Assembly: GCA_963823335.1 (NCBI GenBank)
Contig: CAWGLD010000006.1
Coordinates: 1 to 64,000 of the forward strand
Reading direction: 5' to 3'
Source: an uncultured delta proteobacterium
GTDB taxonomy: Bacteria; Desulfobacterota; Desulfobacteria; Desulfobacterales; B30-G6
Length of the DNA: 64,000 nucleotides
Part shown: positions 19,523 through 29,206 of the stretch, one piece after another
How the letters are laid out: every line of letters starts with the position of its first letter
How positions within the stretch are numbered: the stretch's first letter is position 1
Program-made: the position numbers and the translations under genes
The notes under the pieces: model-generated
What the model saw: only the letters and a program-made list of their open reading frames with translations
Told to the model about the DNA's origin: nothing
Database searches by the model: none

Positions 19523-22500
19523 CTAAGCTCCAACCTGCTCTTTGGGTGCTTTAATACGGAAAAACAGGGAGTAAAGCGCCGGAACGTAGTTCAGGGTAAA
19601 TAGACTGCCAATACCAAGGCCGAAAAACATGACACATGCCATATTGTAAAAGAGCGCGTCATGATAAATGATCAGCGGCGTAAACCCGAGCATGGTCGTT
19701 GAAACCGAAAGCAGTATGGGTCTGAAGCGGCTGACGGCTGAATTGATAACTGCATCATAGGGTGATTGCCCCTCGCGTCTGTTTTCTTCGATTTTATCGA
19801 TCATGACAATGCCGTTATTGACAATGGACCCGGCCAGAGCCAGCAATCCGAGAATGGCCATAAAACCAAAATCCGCCCGCATTACATACAGACCCACCAC
19901 GGCACCCACCAGCACCAGGGGCATGGTCAGCATGATAATGGCGGCACGCCGGATGGAGTTGAACTGCCACACCAGCAGAATGACGATGGCGGCAAAACAG
20001 GGAAACAAGGGTTTTGACAATTTCGCCATTGCTTTGGCGGAGTTTTCCAGTTCGCCGCCCATTTCCCAGTGGTGATTTTGAGGAAAATCCAGTTGGTCGA
20101 GGGTGGGCTTGATCTGCCCAAAGAGTTCAACCGCCTTCAATACCTGGTGCTTGGCGCTGACTTTTATGGTGCGTTCCTGGTTGTAGCGAACGATGCGGTT
20201 GAGATCGCCTCTTTGGTATACATCGGCAACCTGATTGACGGGTACAATGGTTTTTTGGGATTGTGAATAAATGTTGATTGTCGACAGGCTGGACGTTGCC
20301 TTTCGTTCCGCCTCGATGCCACGCCCTACAATGGGAATATCCACATTGCCCTGGTGGAAATCGGTTATGGTGTAACCGTCGACAAAGGCACTCAGAGAGT
20401 CGGCCACATCCTGGGAAGATGATCCGGCACGGCGGGCACGGTACTGATCCACCTCGATTTTGGCGGAAAGAACCCGGTTGTTCCAATCATCTTTGATATC
20501 CAGGGTACCGGGGATATTCAATAAGCCAGCCTTTAATTGCTCGGCCTGTTTTCTCAATATATCCATGTCGGGACCACTGAGGCGGATCTCCAGTATTCCG
20601 GGTTCGGAAGACCCCAGGTACATGGGTTTGACTCTTCCACGGGTATTGGGGAAATGATCCAGCAGATGCTGCCGTGTACGCTTGATCATTTCTGCCACCT
20701 GATCCCCTGTCTGGGTGTTTACGATAACAAAAGCATTGTTCGGGTCAGGATCCGTGGGTGACAGCGAAAGAAAAAACCGGGGTCCGCCATTGCCCACATA
20801 GGCGATTGACCCGGTGATTTCGGGGTTCTCATTTTTATCCTTCAACCAGGCGCAAAAATCCTGGACACTCCTGTCGGTTGCTTCGATATGGGTTCCGGCC
20901 GGGAAATCGAGATAGACCGTGTACTGATTTCGGTCACCATTGGGAAACAGGATGCGGGGTATTTTTGTAAACCCGTAGACCGAAAATGCAAAGCACACAC
21001 CCACGACACCCAGCACAAGCAATCGGTTGCGCAGACCAAATACCAGGATATTTCGGTAGATCTGATAGAATTTTCCCTGGTAAGGGTCAATATCTTCTTT
21101 TTTATCCGTGCTAACAGCCGGCTTGACCTTCATAAACCAGTAGCAAAAACTGGTGGAGGAGAACATGGAGAGAAACCATGAGCCCATGAGCAGAATAATC
21201 ATGACCTGACCCAGAGATTTGGTATAATCCCCGGTGCTTCCAATTTGCAGAATAATCGGTCCAAAAGCAAAAACGGTTGTGAGGGTACTGGTCAAAAGCG
21301 GGACGGAAAGAGCCCGGCCCGATTTCAGGACCGCCTCTTTGCGATCCATGCCGCTTTCCAGATTCACCTTGATATCATCGGACACCACGATGGCGTTGTC
21401 CACAAACATACCCAGGGCAATAATCATCGTAGCCAGTGAAATGCGTTGCATTTCTATATTGAACACACTCATCATCAGCACCCCGAAGAGCATGACAAAG
21501 GGAATGAATGACCCCACGATCAAACCGGTTCGAAGCCCCAGCAAAATCATGACAACCGCAACCACAATGGCCACACTCTGTACCACATTGCTCACCATCC
21601 CGTCGACGGATTTGGAGATGAGGTCAGGCTGAAAGGTAGCAAACTCCAGCTTATAACCCAGGGGAAGAGATTGTTCGATCTCATTGACTTTATTCTTCAA
21701 GCGTTCCCCGAATGCCACTGCATCCACGCCCTTGAACAGAAAGACACTCAGGACAATCGCTGGATGACCATTGTAATAAGCGGGATTCTGGACGGGTTCC
21801 ACATAGGCTTTCCGGATGCTGGCGATATCACGCAGGGGGATTGCAGCCTGGGTGCCGGCAACGGGTATCAGCGCATCACCGATCTCCTCGATGGATTTGA
21901 AACTGCCCAATGTCTCCAGGACGATTTCCGTACCGTTGATATCGACCCGGCCGGCCGGCCGGATGGCGTTTTGCTGTCTCAAGGTATTGCCGATGACCCC
22001 TGGATCGATGCCGAGTTGTGCCATTTTGGCATTTGAATATTCGATATAAATACGCTCTTCTTGAACACCGGTGAGATCGATTTTCTGGATCCCCTTCATC
22101 AGGTTGATGCGCTCCCGGATATCACGGGCGGTTTCACGCATTTCCGCCATGGAAAAACCGTCGCTCCAGAGGGCGATGGTGGCTATGGATGTGTCACCGA
22201 CGGTGTCGTTCACCATGGGTCCGATGGTTCCCTCGGGTAACGTGGGAGCCAAATCACTCATGCGATTGCGCAACAGCTTCCAGACCGCGGGCAGGTTTTC
22301 TGCAGGCACTTCGTCCTTGATGGTCACATGGATCAGGCATTCACCGACTTTGGATGTGGAATCTTTGATATCGTCGACTTCACCCATGGATCTGAGCTTT
22401 TCTTCGATGGGACGGGTAAGCAGGCGCTCGATCTTCTCCACAGACATACCGGGGTTTTTTGCCGCAACCAGTGCTTCGCGAATAGTAATGCGCGGATCTT

Positions 22501-22609
22501 CAAGTTTTGGAATTTTCCCAAACAGGATAATGCCGCCAAAAAAAATCACCAGCAGCATGATGACAACGGTTCGAGAATTATCGAGTGCAAAATCAGTTAT
22601 GCTTTTCAT
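19523..22609 (-). CDS. RND efflux transporter permease (AcrB/AcrD/AcrF family)
   Basis: 1028 aa; GMFVDNAIVV, GSIVNNGIVMID and SRFRPILL motifs; lies between MFP and OMF genes. Confidence 0.93.
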   Translation of the reverse strand: MKSITDFALDNSRTVVIMLLVIFFGGIILFGKIPKLEDPRITIREALVAAKNPGMSVEKIERLLTRPIEEKLRSMGEVDDIKDSTSKVGECLIHVTIKDEVPAENLPAVWKLLRNRMSDLAPTLPEGTIGPMVNDTVGDTSIATIALWSDGFSMAEMRETARDIRERINLMKGIQKIDLTGVQEERIYIEYSNAKMAQLGIDPGVIGNTLRQQNAIRPAGRVDINGTEIVLETLGSFKSIEEIGDALIPVAGTQAAIPLRDIASIRKAYVEPVQNPAYYNGHPAIVLSVFLFKGVDAVAFGERLKNKVNEIEQSLPLGYKLEFATFQPDLISKSVDGMVSNVVQSVAIVVAVVMILLGLRTGLIVGSFIPFVMLFGVLMMSVFNIEMQRISLATMIIALGMFVDNAIVVSDDIKVNLESGMDRKEAVLKSGRALSVPLLTSTLTTVFAFGPIILQIGSTGDYTKSLGQVMIILLMGSWFLSMFSSTSFCYWFMKVKPAVSTDKKEDIDPYQGKFYQIYRNILVFGLRNRLLVLGVVGVCFAFSVYGFTKIPRILFPNGDRNQYTVYLDFPAGTHIEATDRSVQDFCAWLKDKNENPEITGSIAYVGNGGPRFFLSLSPTDPDPNNAFVIVNTQTGDQVAEMIKRTRQHLLDHFPNTRGRVKPMYLGSSEPGILEIRLSGPDMDILRKQAEQLKAGLLNIPGTLDIKDDWNNRVLSAKIEVDQYRARRAGSSSQDVADSLSAFVDGYTITDFHQGNVDIPIVGRGIEAERKATSSLSTINIYSQSQKTIVPVNQVADVYQRGDLNRIVRYNQERTIKVSAKHQVLKAVELFGQIKPTLDQLDFPQNHHWEMGGELENSAKAMAKLSKPLFPCFAAIVILLVWQFNSIRRAAIIMLTMPLVLVGAVVGLYVMRADFGFMAILGLLALAGSIVNNGIVMIDKIEENRREGQSPYDAVINSAVSRFRPILLSVSTTMLGFTPLIIYHDALFYNMACVMFFGLGIGSLFTLNYVPALYSLFFRIKAPKEQVGA

Positions 22610-22751
22610 TTTCTACTCCGAATTAAAGATGTTCCCCGGCAGGTTTCGGGGAATCTTTGACCATAAGGAATTCTGTCTAATTCAAGTGCGCGCGTTGTTG
22701 ATGTTAAAAAAGCTGATGCAATCGTTATAAATTATGGCAAGATAAACACCG

Positions 22752-23855
22752 TTATTCTTCCAAAAGTTTTACTTTCATGCCATCCGCCAGGAAACTTACG
22801 CCGGCGATTGCGATGATATCTCCGGCAGAGAGACCTTCAGATATGACCATCAAATTGTTTTGTGCGTCAAGGGTTTTGATGGACGTCTTTCGGACGGTGG
22901 TGGTTTGCGGGTCATACACAAACACATATCCCTGCCCAGCCTCTTTGGCGGGCAAAATTGCCTGAAGCGGGACCAGGTAACCGGCAGTTTGTTTGCCCTC
23001 TTTCATGGCTAAGGCCACTTCAGCGGTCATACCCGGGCTTATGTTCGCTGTCTTCCCCACCAGGCTGACCTTGACCGGAAAAGCGTTGGATTTTACAGCG
23101 GCAGAACCGATATAAGAAATACGTCCTTTTACAGAGTGGTCAGGCAGTGTGGGAAACTGGACTGTTGCGCTTGTACCGATACGTATGCGGTTGATGGTGG
23201 TCTCGGGAACCGCCAGTTCCACTTCCATGGCGCCTTTGGCATCGATGACAAAAACTCTTTGTCCGGTCTTTATTTCTTCGTGGGGATCCACGGAACGCCA
23301 GGCGATATAGCCATCGTACGGTGCAGCAAGGGTGGTCTTGCTTAGGTTTCGTTTGGCATAATTTACCTTTGCCACCTGAACATTTACCTGGCTCAGGGCG
23401 GACTCGAGATCATACTTGGCTTTGTCCAGCCTGCTTTTGGAACCCGCGCCCTGTTCAAAAACCCTCACCTGTCGATTGTAGGCCTCCTTATTATTATCAA
23501 CCCTGGCCCTGGCCGCTACCAGTTCAGCCTGGGCAGCCTCCAGGTCCAAGCGGTAGGGTTCTTTGTCAAGAACGGCCAATACCTGTTCTTTGCGGACAGG
23601 ATCACCGATATCCACATGCACCGTCTTGACATTTCCGTCCACCTCAAAACTCAGATTGGAAGAATCGACCGCTTTGACGATGCCTGAAAACTTGCGGATT
23701 TGGTTGGTGGCCATTTCGGATACGGTGATAGTCTTCAGGGATCGAATCTGTTCAACAATCTCAACTTCTTCTTTGCATGCCGTTAGTGCGCACCCTATAA
23801 TGGCCAAAAATAAAACCTTTATCAAAAGCCTGTTAAAATACGAGCCCTTAACCAT
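22752..23855 (-). CDS. RND periplasmic adaptor (membrane fusion protein)
   Basis: Lipobox LTAC, LSFEVDG..VDIGD, TLAAPYDG, PGMTAEV, GLSAGD. Confidence 0.9.
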   Translation of the reverse strand: MVKGSYFNRLLIKVLFLAIIGCALTACKEEVEIVEQIRSLKTITVSEMATNQIRKFSGIVKAVDSSNLSFEVDGNVKTVHVDIGDPVRKEQVLAVLDKEPYRLDLEAAQAELVAARARVDNNKEAYNRQVRVFEQGAGSKSRLDKAKYDLESALSQVNVQVAKVNYAKRNLSKTTLAAPYDGYIAWRSVDPHEEIKTGQRVFVIDAKGAMEVELAVPETTINRIRIGTSATVQFPTLPDHSVKGRISYIGSAAVKSNAFPVKVSLVGKTANISPGMTAEVALAMKEGKQTAGYLVPLQAILPAKEAGQGYVFVYDPQTTTVRKTSIKTLDAQNNLMVISEGLSAGDIIAIAGVSFLADGMKVKLLEE

Positions 23856-24020
23856 ATGCGTCTCCTTTATATTTATTTTTCTGCATCCCTGAATTTGAAA
23901 CAGGCCCAAACAGAACCATTATTTAGGGATTGAAGAATTTTCAAAGCAAGCTACGAGTAATCCTTGAACTTTTCACAAAATACCCCTTAACTCAAGAGTT
24001 ATTGCTGCGGGGGCTCTGTT

Positions 24021-25553
24021 TCAAGAATTCTTCAATTGAATTTCGACCCATTGGGCGTTCATTTGTGTTTCAGCTGCCGGAAGATCCGAATCCGAGTCGA
24101 CAGCCCGCATCCCCATTGTCTCGATCCGCTGGGATGAAACTCCTTTGCCCACCAGATAGCCCTTTACAATATTGGCTGTGAATTCAGACATTTTTTTGTT
24201 GTAGCGGTCACTCCCCTGGCTTTCCGAATACCCTTGGATGGAAATTTCGAGGTGGGGGTGATTATGTAGTATCACACTGAGACTGTCGAGTGTGTCAATA
24301 CCATCCGTACTGAGCTCATTGTTGTTAAATTGTATCCGGATAACCCTCTGCGCGTCCGGTAGTCCAAACTGTTTTTGACTGTCCTCAGGTTGGGGCGGGA
24401 CATCCGGAAGGTATTCAGGTTCTGCAATATCGGATGGCTGTTCCCGCGTTGCTTGTGTTGATTCCATTTTTTCCGGAAGGATTGTCTGTTCTCCGGGGTC
24501 AATCCGGGTATCTTCCGTGGAAAGTGAGACCGGATTGGTTTCCTGGGGTGTCGACGTTCGATTAAAAGGGATATATTGTGGGTAATAATGGTAAACGGCA
24601 ATGGCAACCCAGGTGGCTGTCAAAAACAGTAAAATCGTGTACAAGACCTTTTGAGCGATCGGACTCCGGGATATTGAAGCAGATTTCAGCTGGCCGGTCG
24701 TCTGTGCTGATTTATCTAAGCTCTTTTCTCTTTTAGACCGACTTTCTTGATCCTGCAGTGTCAGTTCTGCGGCGCACTCCTTGATAATTTTGGGACCGAT
24801 TTTTCTGGACTCATCGATAAAGCCGGTTATCAGCGCTCGGTCGCAAATAATGTTGATAAGACGCGGATATCCCTTGGAGAACAGAAAGACCTCCTGTATA
24901 GCAGCTGTGTTGAAAAGTGTTTTGGCGGCACCGGCTACTTTCAAGCGATAATGAATGTATTTGCCCGTCTCTTTGGCAGACAGGGGTTTCAGATCATAAT
25001 TGACCGAAATTCGTTGACGCAAGGCTCTGTTTTTGGGTTCCAGGATAATGCTGTTGAATTCGATCTGGCCGACGAAGAAAATGTTGATCAGTTTGGTCGA
25101 CTGTGTTTCGATATTGGATAGCAGTCGGATCTCTTCCAGCAATTCCTGGCTGAGCCGCTGAGATTCATCGATGATCAGCAGCACCTTTTTTTGTTCCGCA
25201 TGGGCACGCTTCAAGAAGCTGCTGAAGCTATGAAGAAACTCTCCTTTGCTGGAAAATGCTTGCGGAAGCTGGAATGCCCTGCCAATATATGAGAAGAAAT
25301 CATCTTTCCCCATGCCTGGATCCAAAAGCGTCGCGACGATTATCTCCTCTCCAAGGGTGTTCATCAGCGCATTGATCAGGGTTGTCTTTCCTGTACCCAC
25401 GTCCCCTGTAAGCAGAAGAAAGCCCTTGTTGTCCATCAATGCGTATCTCAGAACCGCCAGCGCTTCCTTGTGTTTGTCTCCAAACCACAAAAAGTTCGGA
25501 TCGGTTGTGATCTGAAATGGCTTTTTGTCAAGCTGGTAATAGGATAGATACAT
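24021..25553 (-). CDS. ExeA/GspA-family AAA ATPase with TM helix and C-terminal OmpA-like domain
   Basis: KPFQITTDPNF, GDVGTGKTT, LLIIDESQ, LRQRI, SKGYPRLINIICDRAL; C-terminal IQGYSESQGSDRYNKKMS..VKGYL..RIETMGM. Confidence 0.85.
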   Translation of the reverse strand: MYLSYYQLDKKPFQITTDPNFLWFGDKHKEALAVLRYALMDNKGFLLLTGDVGTGKTTLINALMNTLGEEIIVATLLDPGMGKDDFFSYIGRAFQLPQAFSSKGEFLHSFSSFLKRAHAEQKKVLLIIDESQRLSQELLEEIRLLSNIETQSTKLINIFFVGQIEFNSIILEPKNRALRQRISVNYDLKPLSAKETGKYIHYRLKVAGAAKTLFNTAAIQEVFLFSKGYPRLINIICDRALITGFIDESRKIGPKIIKECAAELTLQDQESRSKREKSLDKSAQTTGQLKSASISRSPIAQKVLYTILLFLTATWVAIAVYHYYPQYIPFNRTSTPQETNPVSLSTEDTRIDPGEQTILPEKMESTQATREQPSDIAEPEYLPDVPPQPEDSQKQFGLPDAQRVIRIQFNNNELSTDGIDTLDSLSVILHNHPHLEISIQGYSESQGSDRYNKKMSEFTANIVKGYLVGKGVSSQRIETMGMRAVDSDSDLPAAETQMNAQWVEIQLKNS

Positions 25554-26702
25554 TTAGAGTTGGTCCAAAAATGTCAGATCTTTAGCTTGTGTGTGTTTAG
25601 TGCCGACAGAAACGACTTCCAGTTTTTGTTCGTTTGTGTAGCGGTAGTATAATCGACCTTTGTAGGAAAACAGTACCTCAAAAACAGTTTCTCTGTTTTT
25701 TTTGCCAAAAACCTTTCTCTTGATCGATACCCGTTTGGGGTCGTCGTGAAGCTGAAGCATAATTTCTTCCGCCTTCAATTGTAAATCCGGGGACAGAGAA
25801 ATAAAGCCATTGACGGCCCGATCATGGACGAGGAGATTTTTGTAGAGTGTTCTAAATCGTTTTTGGAGGGCTTCGGAAGCTTTTGCTTTTTGTTTACTAC
25901 TTTTTAGCTCTCCTTTTTCATATTGTGATATTTTATTTTTGAGGAGATCTAGCTCTTCTTCCTGTGTTTTTTGAAGGGAAAGGTTTTTTTCCAGGTTTTT
26001 TTCTAATGTTACGATTTCGTCGATCATTTCATCTTCGGTTCTGCTGGCTTTTTCTTTTTCTGAATCGTATACTTTTCTGGTTTTGCGCAACTCACCTGAA
26101 AGATATTTTCTTTGCTCGTTCAATTTTTCAAGTCTGGCTTGATGGGTCTGCTCCATCTGCGACAGGCGCTGGATTTCATCCTGAACAGATCGGGTTTCTC
26201 TCTCAGCTATACGGGAAACCCTCCGATAATAGAATGAAAAAATCAAAAGCGACAGGAATAGATACAACGCCAGCATGGCAACTGAAAGGAACTGATCGCG
26301 TGCGACCTGAACATTCACTACCACCTTAAATCCTTGATTTAAGGCAGTGTAATTTTCCTTGGCGACTTGTATGGATGAGCGTGTTGAGGGGGACATCTCT
26401 TCTGGTCTGAATGTGCCTGGATAGACAATGGTATTTGAGCGGGTGGTTACGGTTACGGATGCCTTGACACCCCAGGAAAGAAGCACTTTGGACTGAATGT
26501 AGCTGTCGATATTCTGAGTAATGGCGTCGACAATGCCGACACTGCCTTCAAACAACGGGCGGGTGTCTCCGAGATAGATTTCTTCAATTTCGTTGCTATA
26601 GAGGGATTGGAGTTTCTTTTCTATCACCTGGATGGAGGCAATATATAGTACCGGCGGCATGAGAATGCACAGGATTAGAATCTTGAATGGAAAATACTTC
26701 AT
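25554..26702 (-). CDS. Hypothetical two-TM, coiled-coil protein with possible C-terminal RelE/HigB-like domain
   Basis: Two hydrophobic segments, a long E/K/Q-rich helical region, and terminal VFEVLF..GRLYY..LEVVSVGTKHTQAKDL. Stop codon abuts the ExeA ATG (TAAATG). Confidence 0.7.
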   Translation of the reverse strand: MKYFPFKILILCILMPPVLYIASIQVIEKKLQSLYSNEIEEIYLGDTRPLFEGSVGIVDAITQNIDSYIQSKVLLSWGVKASVTVTTRSNTIVYPGTFRPEEMSPSTRSSIQVAKENYTALNQGFKVVVNVQVARDQFLSVAMLALYLFLSLLIFSFYYRRVSRIAERETRSVQDEIQRLSQMEQTHQARLEKLNEQRKYLSGELRKTRKVYDSEKEKASRTEDEMIDEIVTLEKNLEKNLSLQKTQEEELDLLKNKISQYEKGELKSSKQKAKASEALQKRFRTLYKNLLVHDRAVNGFISLSPDLQLKAEEIMLQLHDDPKRVSIKRKVFGKKNRETVFEVLFSYKGRLYYRYTNEQKLEVVSVGTKHTQAKDLTFLDQL

Positions 26703-26750
26703 TAAACACACAAATTTTACAGTTTAGGAATTGAGTCTTGCTGTGCGATT

Positions 26751-29030
26751 TTACAATTTGGACAAAATCGACCTGGCTTCATCAGCGCCGTCGAAGTCCG
26801 TATCAAGGGAGATGGCCTTCTCGAGCTGTTTTTTTGCACGCGTCTTATTCCCTTTCTGATAGTATGCCATGCCTAAATGATAGTTGACGGTCGGGTTGTC
26901 GGGAAGTTTTTCAAGGCTGTCTTCGAATTCGCCGATGGCACTGTCATAGAGACCTTTTTTATAGTAGATCCATCCCAGTGTGTCCATGACGCTCGGTTCT
27001 TCCGGGAGCTGCTCTTTGGCTTTTTGGGCGTACCCCAGAGCTTCATCGATATTCTTGTCCTGGATAGACAGAAGATAGGCAAGGTTGTTGGCAGCCGGTG
27101 CAAAATCAGGTTTGATATCAAGGGCGGCACGATAGTGTTTTTCGGACAAATCGAACCGCTTGTTCAGGTCATAGATCGTACCCAGCATCATGTTGGCGCT
27201 GGTCTGCTGCGGGTTTTTCGCAAGAATGGATTCATACTGGGCGATGGCCTTATCCGGGTTGTTTCCTGAAAGGTATAGCCTGGCAAGCGCATAGTAGGAT
27301 CTGAGGTAATCCGGATTTTCCTGGAGGGCCTTTTCAAAGGCCTGTTCCGCCTTATCCCGCATGTTCTGAGAAAGATAGAGCCCCCCTTTAAGGTTGTGGA
27401 TAACTGCGAGCACAGCCGGTACGTCACCGATAGTCTCGATTTGGCGGTCACATTTATCTAAGGCTGTTTTGAATTCCTTCTTCTCGGTGTGAAGCAGAAT
27501 GACATTGGTGAACACATCCATCAGTTTTGGATTGATGGCCAATGCTTTATCAAAGTTAGCAAGTGCTGCCTGGTATTGCTTTGTCAAGCGCTGCAATAAG
27601 CCCATGCGGAAATACCCGGTGGGATTTTGGGGATCCAGGGTGATGAGCTTCTGGAAATCGTCTTTGGCACCGTCGAGATCTTTTTGAAACAGTTTTGTGT
27701 TTCCCAGTACCAATGTGGCCTGATAGTTGTCCGGTGCCAGTTCAAGTATATCAAGGCTCTCTTTTTGGGCGAGTTCGAAATCACGCTGCCGCAAGTAAAT
27801 TTCGGCCATCAGAAGTTTGGCTCTTATGAAGTGCGGATTGGTGTCGATGGCCTTTACCAGGGACGCTTTTGCCATACTGCTGTCACCTTTGCTGAGATAA
27901 GAGACCCCCAGAAAATAATGTGCCGCAGTGGCGTTGGGCTCCTCTTCCACCAACCGGCTCAATACGTCTATAGCGTCGTCAAACTGTCTTTTTTGGACCA
28001 GCAGTTCTCCCTTGAGCAAGCGGGCAGGAAAGTAGTTTGGACGTTCCTGGAGTATGGTGTCTATGGTGGACGCAGCTTGATCCATATTCTTATTCTTGAG
28101 ATGAAATCTGGCAATGGTGATCTTGACGCGAATATCATCCGGTTGACGATCCAGGGCTTGTGTATAAAGGCTAAGTGCCTTTACGTTATTACCCGTCATT
28201 TCATAAAAACCTCCAGCAACCATGTAAGATCGGATGTTGTCCGGCTCTTTTTCGATTGCGGCCGCATAAGAAGCCTCTGCCTTCTGGTTCATTTTGCGCT
28301 GTGCAAAATAATTGCCCTGGGTGATAAGCAGCTCGGCATTATCAGGATTGGTCCTTATGGACGCATCCAGAACAGCTTCCGCGTTTTTAAATTCGTTTTT
28401 ACTCTGGTAGAAATTAAAGAGAACCAGAGTCGGTTTGATGTCACTGGGGTCGATGTCCGCAGCCTTGATGAGATATTCTTCTGCCTGGTCGAGTTGTCCC
28501 TTTCCGGCAAGTACGTGGGAAAGTCCCATGTATGCCCGTGACTGTTTAGGATCGAGCTGAATAATCTTACGGAATACGGTTTCAGCCTCATCCCGTTTTT
28601 TGTCCAGATCAAACAGACCAGCGCTTAAATAGAGGGCATCGATATTGTCAGGATCCCTGGTTAGAATTTTTTCCAGCAGTTCTTTGGAATTATCGGTCTG
28701 TTTTCCCAGCATATAGAACGTTGCCATCTTTAACTGGGCATCGGTGTTGTTTTCATCCAGCTGGACCACGCGGGAGTAGGTTCTGAAGGCGCCCTGGGAA
28801 TTTCCCAGTTTCAGGTAGGTTTCACCGAGCTTGATATGTGCGGCTATATATTCCGGGTCTATCTGGACGGCATTCTTGAACTCAAGCTCGGCACTTTTGT
28901 AGCCCCCTTTTTCAAAATAGGCATTCCCTTTTTCAAAGTGTGCCAGCTTTTTATCTTCATCGGATGAACAACCCCACACGATCGCGAGAATTAGAACGAT
29001 GGTCAGTCCCATGTGATATATGCATTTCAT
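26751..29030 (-). CDS. Large TPR-repeat lipoprotein, PrsT-like
   Basis: Lipobox VWGC, A..EFKNAVQIDP, many TPRs, and C-terminal AANNLAYL..DTLGWIYY..YHLGMAY as in PrsT-type proteins. Confidence 0.8.
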   Translation of the reverse strand: MKCIYHMGLTIVLILAIVWGCSSDEDKKLAHFEKGNAYFEKGGYKSAELEFKNAVQIDPEYIAAHIKLGETYLKLGNSQGAFRTYSRVVQLDENNTDAQLKMATFYMLGKQTDNSKELLEKILTRDPDNIDALYLSAGLFDLDKKRDEAETVFRKIIQLDPKQSRAYMGLSHVLAGKGQLDQAEEYLIKAADIDPSDIKPTLVLFNFYQSKNEFKNAEAVLDASIRTNPDNAELLITQGNYFAQRKMNQKAEASYAAAIEKEPDNIRSYMVAGGFYEMTGNNVKALSLYTQALDRQPDDIRVKITIARFHLKNKNMDQAASTIDTILQERPNYFPARLLKGELLVQKRQFDDAIDVLSRLVEEEPNATAAHYFLGVSYLSKGDSSMAKASLVKAIDTNPHFIRAKLLMAEIYLRQRDFELAQKESLDILELAPDNYQATLVLGNTKLFQKDLDGAKDDFQKLITLDPQNPTGYFRMGLLQRLTKQYQAALANFDKALAINPKLMDVFTNVILLHTEKKEFKTALDKCDRQIETIGDVPAVLAVIHNLKGGLYLSQNMRDKAEQAFEKALQENPDYLRSYYALARLYLSGNNPDKAIAQYESILAKNPQQTSANMMLGTIYDLNKRFDLSEKHYRAALDIKPDFAPAANNLAYLLSIQDKNIDEALGYAQKAKEQLPEEPSVMDTLGWIYYKKGLYDSAIGEFEDSLEKLPDNPTVNYHLGMAYYQKGNKTRAKKQLEKAISLDTDFDGADEARSILSKL

Positions 29031-29206
29031 TTTAGCCTCCAGAGAGATAAAAACGTGTTTGCAAAATACAGTGTGTGCTCTATTTAGCATGGAACCAGGA
29101 ACGAGTCAAAATTTGATATCAACGTAAACCTGGTTTGCAAATTTGCTAGCCGTAAAAAGCTTTGATGTTTTCCACAACATATTCCAGCAGGGGCACTTTC
29201 ATCTGA

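Noticed and set aside
16687-24020. Genomic island integrated at selC (channel plus RND genes)
   Set aside because: No integrase and no duplicated tRNA 3' end found.
29130-29150. Sigma-54 promoter near the TPR gene (TGGTTTGCAAATTTGC)
   Set aside because: GG-GC spacing is 11 rather than 10, and it is on the wrong strand for that gene.
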